Below, in pieces: positions 63,336-64,000 of a stretch of 64,000 nucleotides of DNA. A program made the position numbers and the translations under genes. The notes under the pieces were generated by a model that was given only the letters and a program-made list of their open reading frames with translations, ran no database searches and was not told where the DNA came from. This DNA comes from Flavobacteriales bacterium (GTDB lineage Bacteria > Bacteroidota > Bacteroidia > Flavobacteriales_C > GCA-002722245): positions 23,190-87,189 of the forward strand of contig PBLA01000003.1 of NCBI GenBank assembly GCA_002722245.1, written 5' to 3'. The number at the start of each line of letters is the position of its first letter. Position 1 is the stretch's first letter.

Positions 63336-64000
63336 TTACTTTATGTAACAACCCAGATGTTTGGCTATGATAACACGCTGAATTTCTGATGTACCTTCTC
63401 CAATTTGAAGCATTCGTTGATCTCGAAAGAATCGTTCAATTGGATATTCCTTAATGAGTCCATAACCACCATGGATTTGAACTGCTTCGTCCGCCACCTC
63501 TTTGGCAACCTCAGAACTATAGAGTTTCGCAATGGTCGCTTCGAGTGAAAATTTTTGTTGATTGTCTTTCAGCCAACAAGCCTTGTATAGCATTGTTCGT
63601 GCTAACTCTATTTTCATATGCATATCGGCAAGTTTAAAAGAAATGGCTTGATGATTAGAGATCGATTTTCCAAATTGTTTTCTACTCTTCGCGTATTGAA
63701 GAGCCATTTCATAGGCGCCTTGAGCTAAACCTACCCCTATAGCCGCAACACCAAGTTTCCCTGCATCTAGAGATTGAAGCATGATTTTTGAACCTTCACC
63801 CTGAGGGCCTAAAATATTTTCTTTAGGGACCTTACAGTCATTAAAAAAAAGCTGTGCTGTATTTGTTCCCCTCCACATCATTTTGTCATGAATCGTCTCG
63901 GCTGTAAACCCTTCTGTTCCTTGCTCAACAATAATCGTAGAGAACGTCTTCTTTCCTTCATTTATTCCCGTAACCGCCTGTAAAGTAACGCCTCTGGTAA
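63336..64000 (-). CDS. Acyl-CoA dehydrogenase, C-terminal portion (5' end beyond window)
   Basis: …IHGGYGLIKEYPIERFFRDQRMLQIGEGTSEIQRVII… The reading frame stays open to the window edge (…LQAVTGINEGKKTFSTIIVEQGTEGFTAETIHDK…). Confidence 0.8.
   Translation of the reverse strand, partial: TRGVTLQAVTGINEGKKTFSTIIVEQGTEGFTAETIHDKMMWRGTNTAQLFFNDCKVPKENILGPQGEGSKIMLQSLDAGKLGVAAIGVGLAQGAYEMALQYAKSRKQFGKSISNHQAISFKLADMHMKIELARTMLYKACWLKDNQQKFSLEATIAKLYSSEVAKEVADEAVQIHGGYGLIKEYPIERFFRDQRMLQIGEGTSEIQRVIIAKHLGCYIK

Overview
This window is a 64 kb, low-GC (~33-35%) stretch of Bacteroidota chromosome, most likely a marine Flavobacteriia. Part 1, what is here. It is densely coding with essentially no large non-coding gaps. 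Housekeeping blocks: an FtsX-type ABC permease with the tail of its ATPase; dut; a Wzx-like flippase; a sugar nucleotidyltransferase; a TPR/DUF4292-like/EnvC-like envelope cluster; an enoyl-CoA hydratase; tRNA-Ala(GGC); purF; PBP4; a TetR-TolC-MFP-RND efflux operon; dxs; a lipid desaturase; tatD; a murF-alr fusion; the sdhCAB operon; Xaa-Pro aminopeptidase; and a partial acyl-CoA dehydrogenase. Type IX secretion system (T9SS) cargo genes make up a large share of the window. Seven genes carry C-terminal sorting domains (CTDs): six type-A (an SGNH esterase with a CBM-like N-domain, a putative polysaccharide lyase, a GH16 laminarinase-like enzyme, a 392-aa unknown, a 1116-aa beta-helix protein, a 756-aa FG-GAP/dockerin-like protein) and one type-B (a 1865-aa adhesin with ~16 tandem ~78-aa Cys repeats). 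A formylglycine-type sulfatase sits among the secreted glycan enzymes at 5.5-14.6 kb. Part 2, what is worth a second look. The most unusual region is an accessory island at 47.3-57.0 kb, wedged between murF-alr and the sdh operon. It holds two divergently transcribed, mutually paralogous ~480-aa cytoplasmic alpha-helical proteins with no family I can name. Next to them are two T9SS cargo genes. The island also contains three copies of a ~100-230 bp DNA repeat that corresponds to the 3' end of a T9SS CTD. One copy is the intact 3' end of the FG-GAP gene. The other two are orphan, stop-interrupted remnants lying just upstream of other genes. This suggests repeated cargo-gene replacement or recombination at this locus. 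Also notable is an ECF sigma/anti-sigma pair at 2.7-5.3 kb whose membrane-anchored partner carries a ~600-aa unrecognised extracytoplasmic domain. I found no CRISPR array, transposase, integrase or rRNA.
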